A DNA stretch of 64,000 nucleotides from Bacillota bacterium (lineage in GTDB: Bacteria > Bacillota > Sulfobacillia > JAJZYS01 > JAILZS01): positions 2,659 through 66,658 of the forward strand of contig JAILZS010000002.1 in NCBI GenBank assembly GCA_023512375.1. The letters are read 5' to 3'. The first letter of the stretch is position 1. The number at the start of each line of letters is the position of its first letter. Made by a program: the position numbers and the translations under genes. Shown piece after piece: positions 61,343 to 64,000 of the stretch. A model generated the notes under the pieces. The model was not told where the DNA came from and searched no databases. It saw only the letters and a list, made by a program, of their open reading frames with translations.

Positions 61343-61687
61343 GTGGCACTCAGGATCACCAACCGGGAAGTGGATGGCGTCACCGTGGTGGAATTGGATG
61401 GACGGATTGTACTGGGCGAGGAAAGCAACTCGCTGCGCGAGACCGTCAAATCGCTGCTTGCCAACAACAAGCGCAAGATTGTTCTCGATATGCGCAATGT
61501 GACGTACATTGACAGCACAGGCCTAGGCACGTTGGTGGCCAGCTACCAGAGCGCGCGCAATCAGGGCGCTACGTTGAAGCTGGCCAATCTGGGATCGAAA
61601 TTCCAAGAAATCCTGCAGGTGACCAAACTGATCACTGTGTTTGACGTCTACGACAACGAAACTGCGGCCATCAAAAGTTTCCAGTAG
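61343..61687 (+). CDS. STAS-domain anti-sigma-factor antagonist (SpoIIAA/RsbV family)
   Basis: VALRITNREVDGVTVVELDGRIVLGEESNSLRETVKSLL...VTYIDSTGLGTLVASYQSARNQGATLKLANL. GTG start behind GAAGGAGGAAAC; no cognate anti-sigma kinase or sigma factor nearby. Confidence 0.8.
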   Translation: MALRITNREVDGVTVVELDGRIVLGEESNSLRETVKSLLANNKRKIVLDMRNVTYIDSTGLGTLVASYQSARNQGATLKLANLGSKFQEILQVTKLITVFDVYDNETAAIKSFQ

Positions 61688-61797
61688 CCCTCGCCAACCT
61701 CGCTGGCCGGCGCACAGGCTGGACGGGCGCGGCTTGCGTCAGCGGCGGGAACACAGCCGCCGGCATGGCGGGTGCCGTGCCCAGGGGGCGAAGACGC

Positions 61798-63126
61798 TCA
61801 TTCCTCCAGCCGGTACATTGTCAGTCCGCTGAGCAATTTCGGGTAGAAGTCGGTGGATTTCTGCGGCAGGACGTTCCCGCTGAGGGCAATCTCCATCACC
61901 TGTTCCACGCGCACGGGATTCAACAGGCAGGCCAGTTGTGCGCTGCCGTTTTCGACCGCCGCAATGGCCTTGTCCATCTCTCGTTCATAGGTGAGATAGG
62001 ACTCATCCCGGACCGCTGCGGGGGTGATGCCCAGCCCTTTTTCGAGCACCAGGCGATGCAACACCATCACGTCGAGCCGGCGCTGGGCCGGAGTGGCGTC
62101 GGGAATCAGTTCATCCAAGTTCACGTTGGGCCGAAGGACGAAGAGGAACAACCCCGCCCCGGCCGCACAGATGCCGATGGTGGTGCGGGTGGCGCCACGC
62201 TGCATCAGGTCTTTGCGGAACTGCTCCCGTTCCTGCTGCGGGTGGGCGGAGGCGGGATAGGCGTACCAGTCAAAGTACGGCTCCAACTGCTTGCGAAAGC
62301 GAGTGAACTCGAACCCGGGCAGATTGGCAATCACGCGGTGCGTGGGCAGGATGGTGATTCCCTCGCTGTCGGCATTGAAAAACGTCATCATGGCGAACTC
62401 GTAGGGCGCGTGGGGCACGGGCGCCGCAGCGGCCTGGCGACGCTCGTTGCGATAGGCGAGCGCGGTTTCGTAGCGGTGGTGGCCATCGGCGATGACCAGC
62501 TTTTTGTCGGCCATTTCGTTGACGAAGCGCTGGATCGTCTCTTCGTCCACGATGGGCCAAAGGCGATGGACAACGCCATATTCATCGCGCACTTCGACCG
62601 GGGCGGGTACGCGGGAGACGCTTTCGAGCAGTTGATCCACACGGCGGTGCGGATCGGAAAACAACAGGAAAAGCTGCCCGGTCTGGACACGGGTCGTGCG
62701 CAGCAGCTCGAGCCGGTCGGCTTTCGGAGCTGCCAGGGTCTGCTCGTGCCGGTGCACGACGCCGGCTTCGTAGTCTTCCACCCGGCCCAGCGCGATGAAT
62801 CCCCGGCGATGGCGAAGCACATCGGTACCGGGCACGACGTATTCCTGGAAATAGGCATAGAGAGCCGGGGCAGGATCGCGCACCAGGATCCCCTCTGCGA
62901 TCCAGCTTTCGAGCGTCGCCGCGGCGCGTGTATAGACGTTGGTGCGTTCGTTGTCGCCGGGTTCGGGCCGGCCTTTTTCGATGCGCACCAGGTTGTAGGG
63001 ATCGAGTGCGTAGTACCGCGCCTGCATCTCCGGCGTGATTTTGTCGTAGGGCTGCGTCAGCACGCGCTCCAGATTCAGGCGGCTGGCGTTGTAGCGATAG
63101 GCGGCAAATGCGCGGATCTCAGCCAT
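61798..63126 (-). CDS. DUF1015 family protein (uncharacterised conserved protein)
   Basis: 442 aa, MAEIRAFAAYRYNASRLNLERVLTQPYDKITPEMQARYYALDPYNLVRIEKG... with the typical DUF1015 N-terminal pattern (F-x-A-x-R-Y-N, PYD-I). Assigned from memory of the family, not from a search. Confidence 0.5.
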   Translation of the reverse strand: MAEIRAFAAYRYNASRLNLERVLTQPYDKITPEMQARYYALDPYNLVRIEKGRPEPGDNERTNVYTRAAATLESWIAEGILVRDPAPALYAYFQEYVVPGTDVLRHRRGFIALGRVEDYEAGVVHRHEQTLAAPKADRLELLRTTRVQTGQLFLLFSDPHRRVDQLLESVSRVPAPVEVRDEYGVVHRLWPIVDEETIQRFVNEMADKKLVIADGHHRYETALAYRNERRQAAAAPVPHAPYEFAMMTFFNADSEGITILPTHRVIANLPGFEFTRFRKQLEPYFDWYAYPASAHPQQEREQFRKDLMQRGATRTTIGICAAGAGLFLFVLRPNVNLDELIPDATPAQRRLDVMVLHRLVLEKGLGITPAAVRDESYLTYEREMDKAIAAVENGSAQLACLLNPVRVEQVMEIALSGNVLPQKSTDFYPKLLSGLTMYRLEE

Positions 63127-63229
63127 TCCGGCCTCACTGCGTGATCGTGCACCAGCCCGCTATTCTAGCAATTCACCAACAGACGCCCAAGAAGACAACG
63201 CGACTGCGCTAGAATGAGCATCGGGAGCG

Positions 63230-63919
63230 ATGTCGATGCAGGAACCCCACAAGGATTTCCGCGACGTGCGGCTGCTGATTTTTGATCTCGACGGCACGCT
63301 GATCGATTCCAAGCTCGACCTGGCCCTTTCGGTCAATGCGGTGCGCGCCTGGATGGGCCGGCCGCCGCTGGAGCCGGAACGCATCTACAGCTACATCGGC
63401 CAGGGGGCGCCGATGCTGATTCGCCGCGCGCTGGAAGAAGGCGTCAGCGAAGAAGAGATCGAGCGGGGACTGAAATACTTCCTCGAGTACTACCACGCCC
63501 ACATGCTGGACAACACAGTCCCCTACCCGGGTGTTCGCGAAGGGTTGGAACAGTTGGCGCAGCGGCCGAACACCCTGCTGACGGTCTACACGAACAAGCC
63601 GGAACGGTTCAGCCGCCAAATTCTAGAAGGCCTCGACCTGGCCCGATTTTTCCGGCAGGTGTACGGAGGCAATCGCTTCGAACGAAAGAAGCCGGATCCG
63701 ATGGGCGTCGAGGCGCTGCTGCGCGAATTCCAGTGCGCGCCGCACGAGGCCATGATGGTCGGCGACAGCGAAATCGACGTGCTGACCGCACGCAAGGCCG
63801 GCATCTGGTGCGCCGGCGTCACCTACGGACTCGGCGCCGAACGACTGCGCGAGCATCCGCCCGACCTGCTGCTCGATTCGCTGTGCGATCTCCCCGCTCG
63901 ACTTGCTGGCCGCCCCTGA
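63230..63919 (+). CDS. gph: HAD-superfamily hydrolase (phosphoglycolate phosphatase-like)
   Basis: Motif I LLIFDLDGTLIDS, motif II TVYTNKP, motif III/IV ...KKPDP...MVGDSEIDVLTARKAGI. The start is possibly the second ATG at 63236. Confidence 0.75.
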   Translation: MSMQEPHKDFRDVRLLIFDLDGTLIDSKLDLALSVNAVRAWMGRPPLEPERIYSYIGQGAPMLIRRALEEGVSEEEIERGLKYFLEYYHAHMLDNTVPYPGVREGLEQLAQRPNTLLTVYTNKPERFSRQILEGLDLARFFRQVYGGNRFERKKPDPMGVEALLREFQCAPHEAMMVGDSEIDVLTARKAGIWCAGVTYGLGAERLREHPPDLLLDSLCDLPARLAGRP

Positions 63920-64000
63920 CGGGAGGGCGCCGGCAAACCCACGCTAGTCCGCGGAGGAATGCTGCCGGTACCACGCCCAGGTGCGACGGAGTCCTTCCTC

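Overview
This window is very high-GC (about 73-76% up to roughly 60.96 kb, then only about 58-62% to the end). The gene order and gene content look like a thermophilic high-GC Firmicute, Thermaerobacter-like in class Clostridia. That identification is an inference from the conserved tig-clpP-clpX-lonB-lon block, spoVB, and the S-box riboswitch; no database search was run.

Because the GC content is so high, the six-frame ORF track is full of spurious long antisense and alternate-frame ORFs. Several listed ORFs are fusions of two or three real genes, for example 9518..11953, 14789..17479 and 44149..47382. I called genes by recognisable protein families and reset starts to plausible ATG/GTG/TTG codons that sit behind a GGAGG-like ribosome-binding site. 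The genes I can support, in order:

- A peptide uptake and degradation locus: BNR-repeat protein, DppC, DppB, a substrate-binding protein and an M24 peptidase.
- A translationally coupled SNF2 helicase plus SWIM zinc-finger gene pair.
- metY-metX behind a textbook SAM-I (S-box) riboswitch with its terminator.
- A phosphoribosyltransferase, then glcE-glcF-glcD, an M20 amidohydrolase, Old Yellow Enzyme, and Mpg glycosylase.
- addB-addA, asnB, hsp20, an orphan pyrB with a GDT1-family membrane protein and an ornithine cyclodeaminase, a lytic transglycosylase, and threonine dehydratase.
- A divergent TPR-like protein and small secreted-peptide gene pair, the CCA-adding enzyme, a peroxiredoxin, a GT2/21 glycosyltransferase, and an M28 peptidase.
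- An OmpR-type two-component system, bioY, spoVB, a GNAT acetyltransferase, and lon-lonB-padR-clpX-clpP-tig.
- A tRNA-Leu/Lys/His cluster driven by a perfect TTGACA-N18-TATACT promoter.
- A second peptide ABC system whose dppC-like permease is disrupted by a C-rich duplicated tract.
- A compositionally distinct 3-kb tail carrying a tiny zinc-ribbon ORF, a lone STAS-domain anti-sigma-factor antagonist, a DUF1015 protein and a HAD phosphatase.

I found no transposases, integrases, CRISPR arrays or prophage genes.

Caveat on coordinates: in at least two places (around 9360/9361 and 56880/56881) the printed nucleotides and the ORF-track translations disagree by 1-2 nt. Coordinates I derived by hand may therefore be off by a few bases.
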